52,321 nt of DNA from positions 1 to 52,321 of the forward strand of contig JBHICG010000017.1 of the NCBI GenBank assembly GCA_046759445.1. Direction: 5' to 3'. The translations under genes were made by a program, and so were the position numbers. Numbering within the stretch: the stretch's first letter is position 1; each line of letters opens with the position of its first letter. Below are positions 37,949 through 48,236 of this stretch, in pieces. This DNA comes from Candidatus Scalinduaceae bacterium (GTDB taxonomy: Bacteria > Planctomycetota > Brocadiia > Brocadiales > Scalinduaceae). The notes below the pieces were generated by a model. It did no database searches. It was not told the origin of the DNA and was given only the letters and a program-made list of their open reading frames with translations.

Positions 37949-39750
37949 GTATGTCAACTAACATCATTTTAGTAATAATTGGTATAGGCCTACTTATTTT
38001 CATCCATGAACTTGGGCATTTCATAGTAGCCAAAAAGATTGGTGTGAGGGTATTTGTGTTTTCACTAGGATTCGGTCCACCTATCTTTATGAAAAAAATA
38101 GGTGAAACAGAATATAAACTTTCACTATTTCCATTAGGTGGTTACGTAAAACTCGCAGGTGAGCAAACAGGCAAAGAGTGTAAAGGTGAGGAATGGGAAT
38201 TTATGTCAAAAAAACCTGGTCAACGTGCTGCTGTGCTCGCAGCAGGCGTTGTCTTTAATACATTTTTGGCATTTATTGCCTTTATCATTGCCTTCAGGAT
38301 AGGTGTCCCTTTCGTTACTGCAGAAATAGGCCAAACAATACCAGGGTGGCCCGCCTGGGAAGCTGACATAAAACCAGGTGACAAAATTATTAAAGTCAAT
38401 AAAATTCAAAACCCCGATTTCGAAGATATCTTTATCTCAGTAGCTCTTAATAATTCTCCTGAAGGTATTAATTTAGAGATAGAGAGAGAAGGAAAGACAT
38501 TTGATGTAAATGTTATACCAAGATATGACGCAGCATTTGGTATACAGAGGATAGGAATCGCACCAGCAAAAAGTTTGGAAGTAAATAAGCTCTTTGCCTT
38601 AGAAGGCACCGATTCGCCTGCACAAAAAGCAGACCTGAGAATCGGAGATAGGATAATAGCCGTTAATGGGGCAAAAATTACTACAGAAAATGAATTTAGA
38701 GAAATAGAAAAGGCAAATCCAGGCAAAGAACTTATTCTTACAGTCTCACGAGAGGGCAAAATGATTGAATTGGAGATTACACCATCAATTGTTTCCAGAT
38801 GGATGATTGGTCTTTCATGTGCCACAACAGAGATTATAGGTATTAAGATGGATAGCCTTGCGTATTCTTCAGGAATTAAAAAAGGTGATAAAATAGTTAA
38901 GGTAAATTCAAAAGATGTTAAAGGTTTTTCTCAATTAATAAATGCAATAACTAACTCACCAATTGGGAAAATCACATTAGAGATTCTAAGAGGTAATACT
39001 ACCAAAATAATAGAATTGACAAAATCAGATGAAGAAACAGTTAAGAAATTTTTCGATGGAATATCTTATCATTATGGACTGACAGTAGATTCAACGGTAG
39101 AAGGATTCCCCGCTGAGAAGGTAGGAATAAAACCGGGAGATCATATCACAGCCATAGATGGTAAAGACATATCGGAATGGAATCATCTCTTACAGTTCGT
39201 TACAAACAGCCATGGTAAGGAATTGGAGTTTACGTGGATTCGTGGCAATGAAAGGTTTGTCAAGAAAATCAGACCTAAAAAGGATAAACAAAATGCGCAG
39301 GGGCAAATAGGTGTCATGTTTGGAGAAAAAAAGATTGTGCGAAAATATGGCCTGATAGGAGCGTGCAAAATTGGAACATATAAAACGATTGTAAACGTCA
39401 AGAGGATTTATTTAACCATAAGAGGGTTTTTTACTAAAAAATTGTCTACTAAAGCATTAGGCGGTCCTGTTCTTATAGCTCAGGCTTCATATGAATCTGC
39501 CAAATCAGGGATTGGTAAACTTTTGTATTTCATGGCTATCATCAGCATTAACCTGGCCGTCTTGAACATATTACCTGTTCCCGTTCTGGACGGAGGTCAT
39601 CTCTTGTTTCTTGGAATAGAAAAGATAAAGGGTTCACCTCTAAGTGAAAGGACACTTGCAATTGCAAATTATATTGGTCTGGCCTTAATATTATCCCTAT
39701 TAATCTATGCAACAAAGAATGATATCATGCGGATCTTGAATATACTTTAA
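37936..39750 (+). CDS. rseP: RIP metalloprotease RseP with multiple PDZ domains
   Basis: HELGH, PLGGYV, NILPVPVLDGGH, about four PDZ repeats. Confidence 0.95.
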   Translation: MPFLGMSTNIILVIIGIGLLIFIHELGHFIVAKKIGVRVFVFSLGFGPPIFMKKIGETEYKLSLFPLGGYVKLAGEQTGKECKGEEWEFMSKKPGQRAAVLAAGVVFNTFLAFIAFIIAFRIGVPFVTAEIGQTIPGWPAWEADIKPGDKIIKVNKIQNPDFEDIFISVALNNSPEGINLEIEREGKTFDVNVIPRYDAAFGIQRIGIAPAKSLEVNKLFALEGTDSPAQKADLRIGDRIIAVNGAKITTENEFREIEKANPGKELILTVSREGKMIELEITPSIVSRWMIGLSCATTEIIGIKMDSLAYSSGIKKGDKIVKVNSKDVKGFSQLINAITNSPIGKITLEILRGNTTKIIELTKSDEETVKKFFDGISYHYGLTVDSTVEGFPAEKVGIKPGDHITAIDGKDISEWNHLLQFVTNSHGKELEFTWIRGNERFVKKIRPKKDKQNAQGQIGVMFGEKKIVRKYGLIGACKIGTYKTIVNVKRIYLTIRGFFTKKLSTKALGGPVLIAQASYESAKSGIGKLLYFMAIISINLAVLNILPVPVLDGGHLLFLGIEKIKGSPLSERTLAIANYIGLALILSLLIYATKNDIMRILNIL

Positions 39751-39833
39751 TTCCCCTATCTCCTAATCAGACAGGCTTTAGTAAAGGAGGTATCAGTCTC
39801 TTAATTAGAATATTTTAACCAATTTTGGAATAA

Positions 39834-39896
39834 ATTACGATTTACGATTTCAGAATTACGAATTTACATTTGAGATTTTGAATTTGCAATTTTGTA
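39834..39896. repeat. Tandem degenerate heptamers (TTTACGA-like) upstream of the four-helix-bundle gene
   Basis: ATTACGA TTTACGA TTTCAGA ATTACGA ATTTACA TTTGAGA TTTTGAA TTTGCAA TTTTGTA. Confidence 0.85.
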
Positions 39897-39915
39897 ATTG
39901 ATCAATTGAAAGATT

Positions 39916-40296
39916 ATGGACAAAGCTCAACTACAAAATAGAACAAAAAGTTTTGCAATTAGGGTTTTTAAGATGGCCGAAAAGTTACCTAAGTCAAAGG
40001 GTGCTGAAGTGATTACTTATCAAATTATAAAAGCATCTAGTTCAGTTGCCGCTAATTATAGAGCAGTTTGTAGAGCTAAATCAAAAGCAGATTTTATTAA
40101 TAAATTAAAAATAGTAGAAGAGGAATCAGATGAGTCTCTATTTTGGCTGGAATTTATCGCAGATTTGGAACTTATTCATAAGAAACTATTGAAGAATTTG
40201 ATTAAAGAAGCAGATGAGTTGGTATCTATTTTTACTGCTGCATTAAAGACTTCAAAAACAAATCGTAAATCTAAAATCCCAAATCGTAAATCATAA
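39916..40296 (+). CDS. Four-helix-bundle protein (23S rRNA IVS-protein-like)
   Basis: RTKSFA, QIIKASSSVAANYRA, FINKLKIVEEESDESLFWLE. Confidence 0.9.
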   Translation: MDKAQLQNRTKSFAIRVFKMAEKLPKSKGAEVITYQIIKASSSVAANYRAVCRAKSKADFINKLKIVEEESDESLFWLEFIADLELIHKKLLKNLIKEADELVSIFTAALKTSKTNRKSKIPNRKS

Positions 40297-40304
40297 ATCT
40301 AAAA
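40263..40304. repeat. Tandem heptamers (TCGTAAA-like), inverted relative to the upstream array
   Basis: TCGTAAA TCTAAAA TCCCAAA TCGTAAA TCATAAA TCTAAAA. Confidence 0.85.
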
Positions 40305-40339
40305 TACTCTTGTCCCGACTTGTTCGGGTTAGGAGGATT

Positions 40340-41008
40340 TTACATATCCCCGACCAGACACTCTGCTTCAACTGTCATTTCATTCAATTTTTTTTCTAAT
40401 AATAATCTGTATCTTTCTATATCTGCCTTATCAAGTTTTGGTGGTATTTCTATGGGATCTCCATAAATTACGATTGCCCTGGAAAAAGGCTTGGGTATAC
40501 GAAACCTGTCCCAGCTTGGAAGTTCCCAATAATTTGTCAGACCTAATGACACTGGAAATATAGGATAACTCGTCTTTTGCCCCAGAAAAACTATCCCTGG
40601 CTGGACAACAAACCTGGGACCTCGAGGACCATCAGGCGTAATTATAAAAGATGTGCCCCTTTTATTCTCTTTAATCATATTTAACAGAGCATTCATACCT
40701 CCTCTTGTCGTTGAACCTCGAACGGGGCTAAAACCTAACTGTTGAGCAATCTGCGCAATGTAATCTCCATCTGTATGGCGACTAATCAATACTTTTATCC
40801 CGAGATTCCTAGTAGCATATCCTGGCGCCAGCATAAAAGAATGCCAATATGCAAATATTACATTCCTACCCTGACGTTTAAATTTTTTAGGATAGTCACT
40901 TGGCCTTTCCTCTATTATAACCGTACTAAATAAAATTCTGGCAAAAGTAGAACCAAGAAAACCTATCACAAATAGTTTAATTCTTTCTAATTTTTTTTTA
41001 AAAAACAT
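40340..41008 (-). CDS. Lysophospholipid acyltransferase-like protein (DUF374)
   Basis: YWH, LISRHTDGD, VRGSTTRGG, ITPDGPRGP, SWDRFRIPKPF. Confidence 0.9.
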   Translation of the reverse strand: MFFKKKLERIKLFVIGFLGSTFARILFSTVIIEERPSDYPKKFKRQGRNVIFAYWHSFMLAPGYATRNLGIKVLISRHTDGDYIAQIAQQLGFSPVRGSTTRGGMNALLNMIKENKRGTSFIITPDGPRGPRFVVQPGIVFLGQKTSYPIFPVSLGLTNYWELPSWDRFRIPKPFSRAIVIYGDPIEIPPKLDKADIERYRLLLEKKLNEMTVEAECLVGDM

Positions 41009-41146
41009 TTTTACCCTCGTAAATACTATCCAACCGGGAAAACAGTCAAGTGGAAATTAAAAAAACCGAGATGTTTGCCTTTATTTATATGGTAGGGTAT
41101 TTTTCATTTCAAAAAGATATTGAGCAATTATGTCTTGATAATTAAC

Positions 41147-42985
41147 TTAATATCTTCGGAGATTAAGAAATGCACTTCTGATGGCAGTTTTTATTATAAA
41201 CGCTGTAATATGATATATTAATGCTAAGAAATTCTTATCCAGGACTAGTGATAAATATCTTACAAGCTTCTTTGTCTTGTTTACTTTTGCTATTTTATAT
41301 TTGGTAGTGATGGCAACAATTCTTTTAGTAGGTAGATGTTCCTCAAAATTTAAGATGTCTTCCAGATAAACTGTGATGCATCTGTAACCTATTAATTTTG
41401 TACTATTTGTTATTGATAGATTTGTTAAACTTCCATTCATAGTAAATTTAAAATCAACACTATTACCTTCAGAATGAAAGAACCTGAATATAATTTTCTT
41501 GCCGAGACTTTTTACTAACCTGGAGTCTCTAAATTCGGCATCGTTTATATTATTTCCCACAAGAGTTCTTAAATACTCTAACATGTAATCCTTCAAATCT
41601 TCACGACTGTTTCTATCATCATTTTTTTCATTAACAACAACAAATATTAAGCGATAAATAGTTTCATGAACCGTGTCTAGGATAGTATGATGGCGTGAAG
41701 ATTTGTCTACACCATAAAATTTCCCATAACAATAGACAAACATCTTTTTGAGTGTCTTCAGGTTTATCTTGTTGGGTTCTACCACAGTTCCAAAGTTATT
41801 ATACATATCCCATCTGTAGCTGTTTATGGAATCTTCATTTTTGTATTCCTCAAAGATGGCAGTTCCAGGATATGGGGTCATTACCATAAATGCGACTTGC
41901 TTCAATCCTAACATTCGGGCATACTCAGGATACCTCTTGATATCTTCTACTGTTTCATTTAGGTGTCCGATAATAAGATAGCCTTGTATCTTTATCTTAT
42001 AGTCATTCAATATTTCAATAGCTTTCTCGCATGTTTTTGGAGTTGTCCCTTTTCTAATTCGTTTCAGAGTTTCCAGATTCGGGCTTTCAATGCCAAGACT
42101 TACATGCCTGAGGCCAATATCGTGTAGTTTTTGCATTATTCGTTCTGCTCGTATTATGTCCGTGGTTCTGCTTTCCGTCCATATCTTGAAATTGGTCAAA
42201 TTGTTTTCAAACATCTGGTCGACAATCCTCTCCATCCTGTCAACGTCTGTTAATACGTTTGCGTCCCATATCTTAAGTATCTTGCGCTTTTTTGTGGTGT
42301 GTATCATCTTCAGTTCTTCAATCACATTTTCAGAGCTTCTATGTCGCCAGTTCTTGTTCACCATATCGTTTGAACAGAACGAGCACTTTATCCTGCAACC
42401 TCTTGAAGTAAATATGGTATCAAGAGAATAATCATTCGATTTATTTCCGAATCGTTTTGGTCTTATTTCACGAAGGGGATGAGGAACTACATCAAGGTTT
42501 GCAATAACATCTCTATCCGGATTATGAATGATATTACCGTTGTCTTTGAAAGATAAACCCAGAACGCCTTCTGATGGACCCTCATTTACAAGCTCCTTAA
42601 ATGTGAATTCTCCCTCACCCCTGATTACGGCATCCACGTAAGGAGACTTAAGTACTTCGTCTGGTAGCGCTGTAGGATGATAGCCTCCCAAAACCACGTA
42701 TAAATTATGTTTTTTGGCTATCTTTGCGTATTCTAAGGCATTAGTATAGGCGCCCGTCATGGAGGAAATGCCTATCATATCGGCGGGGTGAGTTTTTAAG
42801 TATCTTTCAAAGTCATGTAATGGATTTGTTGCATATATGTTTACGGGAATATTTATTGAATCAACATCATTCTTTACCATTCCTGCCAGATAGCATATTT
42901 CGATAAGATCTGAAAGAATCAATGCTTGAGGTATGTCAACTTTCTGTGGTGATTTTAATAAACAAACGTTTTTAAAATAACTCAT
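41147..42985 (-). CDS. Cobalamin-binding radical SAM protein
   Basis: VLGGYHPT, GEGE, TSRGCRIKCSFC (CxxxCxxC), LGIES, TPYPGT; start at MSYFK. Confidence 0.92.
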   Translation of the reverse strand: MSYFKNVCLLKSPQKVDIPQALILSDLIEICYLAGMVKNDVDSINIPVNIYATNPLHDFERYLKTHPADMIGISSMTGAYTNALEYAKIAKKHNLYVVLGGYHPTALPDEVLKSPYVDAVIRGEGEFTFKELVNEGPSEGVLGLSFKDNGNIIHNPDRDVIANLDVVPHPLREIRPKRFGNKSNDYSLDTIFTSRGCRIKCSFCSNDMVNKNWRHRSSENVIEELKMIHTTKKRKILKIWDANVLTDVDRMERIVDQMFENNLTNFKIWTESRTTDIIRAERIMQKLHDIGLRHVSLGIESPNLETLKRIRKGTTPKTCEKAIEILNDYKIKIQGYLIIGHLNETVEDIKRYPEYARMLGLKQVAFMVMTPYPGTAIFEEYKNEDSINSYRWDMYNNFGTVVEPNKINLKTLKKMFVYCYGKFYGVDKSSRHHTILDTVHETIYRLIFVVVNEKNDDRNSREDLKDYMLEYLRTLVGNNINDAEFRDSRLVKSLGKKIIFRFFHSEGNSVDFKFTMNGSLTNLSITNSTKLIGYRCITVYLEDILNFEEHLPTKRIVAITTKYKIAKVNKTKKLVRYLSLVLDKNFLALIYHITAFIIKTAIRSAFLNLRRY

Positions 42986-43148
42986 CTTACATTTAAAGAA
43001 TAAAACACAACACAAGAACCAGTACAGTCGTGCTTCAGATATAATACAATGCGAAATAACTACGCTTTAGGCTATATTATTTTACTCTTTGGGCAAGTTC
43101 TAGTGAGGTGATTTTATAAATAATTGAACATAATACAAGGAAAAACTG

Positions 43149-44735
43149 TCATCCTTGTTTGTCAAGTAATGAGTTAATTGATAAAAGAAGCGCGCATCTC
43201 TTACAGGCAATATCATCGCTTTCACAGAAATCCTTAAAAATCTGCAGAAGTCCCTGCTGTCTCCTGGCATTATTAATGACTTTTCTCTTCCGGATATCTT
43301 GACCAAAAATTCTACAACTCATAAATCTAGTAACATTATTAGGTGATAACTTTGGATGCTGTCTGTAAACCTTAAACAACCTGTCTTCTAGTATCGAATC
43401 ATCTCGCTTTCTAGCATAAGCTAATAAAACAGGGATAATTATATTTATAAATATGATGTTTTCCCTTTCTCTCCCAATCAACCTTTCTCGATTCTTTAAC
43501 CTTTTACCTCCAAATGTATAATAATAAGACCAATATTCATCATATAATTTCATAAAAACAGTTTCTATATTTTTAATGATGATTTTTGTTTGCTCCACTT
43601 CATTCGCATTACCATCTACTCTTTCAAAAGACTTTAATATTATTCTGAATATACCTTCTTCAAAATTTTCTGCCAGGAGAGAACTAATTGCCGCAATCCT
43701 TCTTGTTGGAAAATTACCTGGCCTGGTATATTTAAAACACCACAACTCTCCATTAATCGGCTTATTTTTAATATTATCTTTGATTGTGGACCATAATCCC
43801 TCAATTTCTTTGACATATTTAAGAGAATGTTTATCCATATTTTTGTATGAAGAAAGTTGATTTGGCAAAAGTCCGGCCATACCAAATAATAATGCCTGGA
43901 TCGTCTTATTTCTCTGATTAATGGACACGTCCAGTGGTATCAGACTTCTTATATCATTTACTGAAACTATGGATGCCAAATGTTGGAACTGCTCTTTATT
44001 ATTCTTGTATCCAAGGGATTCCATAATTGCCTGGTATAAGATTTGCTCAAAAGTCTGCGTTTTAAGTTGTTTTTCAAATATGCTTGTCTTAATCAAGATT
44101 CTTTCATCACCGGCAAAATCCAGAAAATACCCTATCCATTTATCATCAGAAATGGAACTCAAGCCCTTTTGGCATGGTCCTACATTAGCGCCCGCTGAAT
44201 GAGGATACTCTTCCACATCAATCATTTCTATAAGTCTATCCACCTCAAATTCCAGGTAGCTATACAACTCCAATTGAGGAACATAACCATTTTTCAATTT
44301 GATAAATTCATTTTTATTATTATTCCACATAAAAACATGCAGACACACATTTTCGTACTCCTCTTGTTTATGGTGTCCATGGCTTATCCAATCTTGTGAG
44401 TAGACGTGAATCTCGACATCTCCTTTTACGACACCCCTTCCTTCCAAAAGTATCTCCGCACCCTTAAAATCAGGGCCTTCCTCTACATTCCAATAACCAG
44501 GCGAAATAACCTCCAACCTTGATCCATCTACCGTATATAAATTCTCCTTCTTAAAATATTGTCCTGACCATATACATTTTACTAACTGCTCTTTAATCCT
44601 TTTGCCTTTTGGACCATAACGTAACTTCTCATCTTCCTTTATTCCGCAAAAATGTCTAACAATCTCACTGTATCGTGATGAACGAAAATTCTCGGCTTCC
44701 GCATAATCTTTAATATTAAACATAATCCTTTTCAT
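43149..44735 (-). CDS. DUF2851 family protein
   Basis: PGYWN..GPDF, GDVEIH, WISHGH, RPGNFPTRRIA, C-terminal Cys cluster. Confidence 0.85.
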   Translation of the reverse strand: MKRIMFNIKDYAEAENFRSSRYSEIVRHFCGIKEDEKLRYGPKGKRIKEQLVKCIWSGQYFKKENLYTVDGSRLEVISPGYWNVEEGPDFKGAEILLEGRGVVKGDVEIHVYSQDWISHGHHKQEEYENVCLHVFMWNNNKNEFIKLKNGYVPQLELYSYLEFEVDRLIEMIDVEEYPHSAGANVGPCQKGLSSISDDKWIGYFLDFAGDERILIKTSIFEKQLKTQTFEQILYQAIMESLGYKNNKEQFQHLASIVSVNDIRSLIPLDVSINQRNKTIQALLFGMAGLLPNQLSSYKNMDKHSLKYVKEIEGLWSTIKDNIKNKPINGELWCFKYTRPGNFPTRRIAAISSLLAENFEEGIFRIILKSFERVDGNANEVEQTKIIIKNIETVFMKLYDEYWSYYYTFGGKRLKNRERLIGRERENIIFINIIIPVLLAYARKRDDSILEDRLFKVYRQHPKLSPNNVTRFMSCRIFGQDIRKRKVINNARRQQGLLQIFKDFCESDDIACKRCALLLSINSLLDKQG

Positions 44736-45312
44736 GGCTAATCAACACTACTTTTCTTTTACTTATCACCATTGCTATTAATAACTGCACCAATATGCCT
44801 GCAATCCCATTTATTAATATATCTCTAATATCAAATTCCCTGTTGGGTAATATCCACTGGATAACCTCATCAATGGCACCAAAAACAAATACAATAAATG
44901 CAGATAAAAAATACACATAAACATTATTATTCATATCATGTGTAAGAGCTATATAGATTAATCCACTGAGTATTCCGTATTCTATAAAATGTGCCTGTTC
45001 CTCCGGTATGTCTACAACGTAGATAATCAATCCGTATAAACAACTAATTAATGAAAACCATAGATATTGACTCACACTATAACGTTCACGATTACTAATG
45101 ATATGAACCAAGACAAAAGACAATATTATCAAAAAGATTATGGCAATACCCAGATTAAAGTAACCCCTTAATATCATCTTCAAGAAATTTATAATAGGTC
45201 GCATTATGTAGAGTGTCGAATAAATAAGCGTAACGTAACAGGCTATCAAAGACCATACAAAAGACTTGTTTTGAAACCACATACTCAATGTCTTGGAATT
45301 TCTATAATTCAT
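44716..45312 (-). CDS. VanZ family membrane protein
   Basis: HFIEYGIL, DEVIQWILPNREFDIRDILIN. Confidence 0.85.
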   Translation of the reverse strand: MNYRNSKTLSMWFQNKSFVWSLIACYVTLIYSTLYIMRPIINFLKMILRGYFNLGIAIIFLIILSFVLVHIISNRERYSVSQYLWFSLISCLYGLIIYVVDIPEEQAHFIEYGILSGLIYIALTHDMNNNVYVYFLSAFIVFVFGAIDEVIQWILPNREFDIRDILINGIAGILVQLLIAMVISKRKVVLISHEKDYV

Positions 45313-45424
45313 TACCGTAACCCATTAACGTACTTCAAAAAAGAATTTTACTCTAATTTTTAGTAATCCATCATTCCAGTATTCCAAAATTCCAAATAGT
45401 TCAATATTTATACTGCAAGATTTA

Positions 45425-45637
45425 TTAGTAGCCATACCTGTTATCTGAAGCCCTATTATCCACATTTCCCGCATCGACATTATCCTTGGGTGTTTCACTG
45501 TCAGGACTTTTGTAATCAACATCTTCCAGCACAGGACTGGATTGTTGATAACTACTGCAGCTTATATTTCCTATCATAAAAAAACCAAGAATTGTTGGTA
45601 AGAGTATAGATTTTGTTATTCTATTTAATTTATGCAT
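45425..45637 (-). CDS. Small putative lipoprotein
   Basis: ggagga RBS, basic N-terminus, hydrophobic core, then NISC. Confidence 0.6.
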   Translation of the reverse strand: MHKLNRITKSILLPTILGFFMIGNISCSSYQQSSPVLEDVDYKSPDSETPKDNVDAGNVDNRASDNRYGY

Positions 45638-45773
45638 TTAAATCCTCCTATGTTAATAGTCAAATATACTTCTAAAATCTACCTGTATATACGGAGTCAA
45701 TTTCTCAAATAATAGAAAATTCTTGATTATGAGGATGGCAAGCTTCATACGATTATGGCCACTTTTTTTATGG

Positions 45774-45934
45774 TACCTAAATTGAGCGATTTTATATTAT
45801 ATATTACTGTAGCCGCAGTGCTTAAGTCCCGTAGATATTAGCAACGGGATAAGCATGCGTTTCTCATCATTTGATGGATCCACGTAAGACACGCAACCTC
45901 AAGGTTGCGGCTACAAAATCGCTCAATTTAGGTA
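45774..45934. mobile_element. MITE-like element with 20-bp perfect terminal inverted repeats enclosing a GTAG-type REP
   Basis: tacctaaattgagcgatttt / aaaatcgctcaatttaggta; inner tgtagccgca / tgcggctaca. Confidence 0.65.
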
Positions 45935-46099
45935 ATATGAAAGACTGTGGTCATAACGGTCATTGAATATACAAAACAAATGTGGTCTTTGCGTAGACGG
46001 TCCTACCAGGCATCAGGTTTGTCTCATCAGAAGATATGTAATATGTCTTAAATTCTAAAGCCCATAAAATGAAGACCCTCGATCATCTTAAGTATATTA

Positions 46100-46564
46100 T
46101 TATCTAGATGAAAATTTCACCACTTTAGGTTTTACTAAACTCTCAAAATCTTTATATGAAAGTCTAATCAACTCAGTGTGGGAACCTGCATTAAATGCAA
46201 TTTCCTCGTCTTCAGCCAAACTATTTTCCACAAAAACTTTCATATCATAAAGATTTCCAAAGGGTGGCATGGCGCCTATTTCACATTCGCGGAACATATC
46301 TTTGAATTCTTGCTCACTGGCAAGTTCAACATTGCTCGCTTCAGCCGCTTCCCTCAGAAGATTAAGATCTACCTTGTATGAAGCAGGCAAGACAGCCATG
46401 CTCATCTTACCATCTACTTTAACCATTACTGTTTTGGCCAATTCCTTTCCCGGGATATGTGCGGAAGCAGCAATTTCATTTGCGGTATAAGCGTGTGAGT
46501 GAGCGATAGTCACGTACTTGATGTTGTGGTTGTTAAGAAACTCTCTTAATTTTCTAACTGGCAT
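46100..46564 (-). CDS. YbaK/EbsC family aminoacyl-tRNA deacylase
   Basis: LAKTV, CEIGAMPPFG, FNAGSH. Confidence 0.92.
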   Translation of the reverse strand: MPVRKLREFLNNHNIKYVTIAHSHAYTANEIAASAHIPGKELAKTVMVKVDGKMSMAVLPASYKVDLNLLREAAEASNVELASEQEFKDMFRECEIGAMPPFGNLYDMKVFVENSLAEDEEIAFNAGSHTELIRLSYKDFESLVKPKVVKFSSR

Positions 46565-46930
46565 GATGGCCTCCTTCTCAAAATTATAAATTAAACAGCT
46601 TTATAATATGTTTTCATAGCATTTATTTTGCCCAAAAAAGCATTTTTAGAAAATATGGTAGTCTACGGTGCAATGGTTTAAGTCGTAAATAAATATCATG
46701 AACTTTACTGTATTTTCCGACAGAATAGAGCTTTTCCGCAACCTGTTCACCAAAGAAGATTAAGGTCGCTTACTGAACTTATCTTATAAAGATACATTCT
46801 AAAATCAAGGTAAAAACCTCCATATTAATTTGATTTATTTTAAATTAAAATTGAAAATGGCGCAGTATTATGATTGAATTGATTAAGTTATACCACTATA
46901 AAAAAACTTACTATAACGTGTTTTATAAAA

Positions 46931-48172
46931 ATGAGCGAAGATTGGAAAACAGAAGTAAATAAATGTTCAAAATGTGGTAAATGTCATACCGTTTGCCCGG
47001 TTTTCCTGGAAACTGGTGATGAAGGGATGGTTGCACGTGGGCGCATAAGTCTTGCTGAAGCCCTTAGAGATCAACAGATAGTTTACACTAACAAGTTGCG
47101 TGATTACGTGTATTCCTGTAAAAAGTGTATGAGATGTCGTACAGTTTGCCCATCAGGTGTAGACTACGAAAAGATTATTTCGGCATTGCTTCATGGGGTA
47201 GCCGAAAATATGGGCATACCTCTTTTACCAAAGATAATCTTCAGGTACGTATTACCCAGAAGGAAATTATTTGATACAGTTCTAAAGGTGAGCTCTAGGA
47301 TTCAGAGATTCATACCCACAAAGAAAAGTGGTCAAATGAGACACCTTCCACTTTTATTTATGGGTAAGAGATGGATACCTACTTTAGCCAAGAAAACGGC
47401 ATTACAAAAGCTTCGCAACACGAAGAAATTAAGAAATCCACGAATGAGGGTCGGTCTATTCACAGGATGCTTGATTAATTATATCTATGTGGACATTGCA
47501 GAAGCGGTGGTTGATGTCCTCAACAAGATGAACATAGAAGTTGTTGTACCACAAGGGCAATTGTGTTGCGGAACACCCTCATCCTCTATGGGTGATACCC
47601 AGTCCAGTAGAAAACTGGCAGAAGCAAACAGAAAGGTATTTGAATCACAAGAACTAGATGCAATAGTAAGTGCTTGTGCTACCTGTACAAAATCTATTAA
47701 AATGGATTATATACGTACACTGGGCCCCTCTTGGAAACCAGTTTCAGATAAAATCTATGATATCTCTGAATTTATTGATAAGTATATTGGTAACGAATAC
47801 AAAACAAAACCTGTTAAGGAAAAGGTGACTTATCATGACCCATGCCATCTTTTGTGGGTACGTGGTATATCTGATGAGCCAAGAAATGTCTTGAAGAAAT
47901 CATCCAATTTTGTTGAGATGGACATGGCGGATTCCTGCTGTGGCGGCGGGGGTATATTTACGATAATCCATTATAACCTTACATTAAAAATGCTCGAAAG
48001 GAAGATAACATCGATTGAAAGAAGTGGAGCTGATGCCGTTGCCACTAATTGCCCGGGTTGTGTAATGCAGATTGCTGATGGATTGGCAAATAAGAATTCT
48101 AAAGTAAGAACCACCCATTCAATACAAATACTTCAAGAGGCAATGAAAAACGGTGATATTAATAATCAATGA
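46931..48172 (+). CDS. Fe-S oxidoreductase, GlcF-like (two 4Fe-4S motifs plus two CCG domains)
   Basis: CSKCGKCHTVCP, CKKCMRCRTVCP, LCCG, YHDPCHL, SCCG, NCPGC. Confidence 0.88.
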   Translation: MSEDWKTEVNKCSKCGKCHTVCPVFLETGDEGMVARGRISLAEALRDQQIVYTNKLRDYVYSCKKCMRCRTVCPSGVDYEKIISALLHGVAENMGIPLLPKIIFRYVLPRRKLFDTVLKVSSRIQRFIPTKKSGQMRHLPLLFMGKRWIPTLAKKTALQKLRNTKKLRNPRMRVGLFTGCLINYIYVDIAEAVVDVLNKMNIEVVVPQGQLCCGTPSSSMGDTQSSRKLAEANRKVFESQELDAIVSACATCTKSIKMDYIRTLGPSWKPVSDKIYDISEFIDKYIGNEYKTKPVKEKVTYHDPCHLLWVRGISDEPRNVLKKSSNFVEMDMADSCCGGGGIFTIIHYNLTLKMLERKITSIERSGADAVATNCPGCVMQIADGLANKNSKVRTTHSIQILQEAMKNGDINNQ

Positions 48173-48236
48173 TATTTGTTATTATACAGATTGAAAATAA
48201 AAAAATTATAATCTGTTTTTTGAGGAGGCTTAAAGC

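Noticed and set aside
39916..40296. Diversity-generating retroelement (Avd-like fold)
   Set aside because: No reverse transcriptase and no template/variable repeat pair in the window
45325..45522. 65-aa ORF containing GILEYWNDG
   Set aside because: Overlaps the lipoprotein ORF, and the motif is a translation of 8-nt repeats
46618..46633. sigma54 promoter upstream of ybaK (minus strand GGGCAAAATAAATGCT)
   Set aside because: Spacing fits, but the match is weaker and has no contextual support; left uncalled
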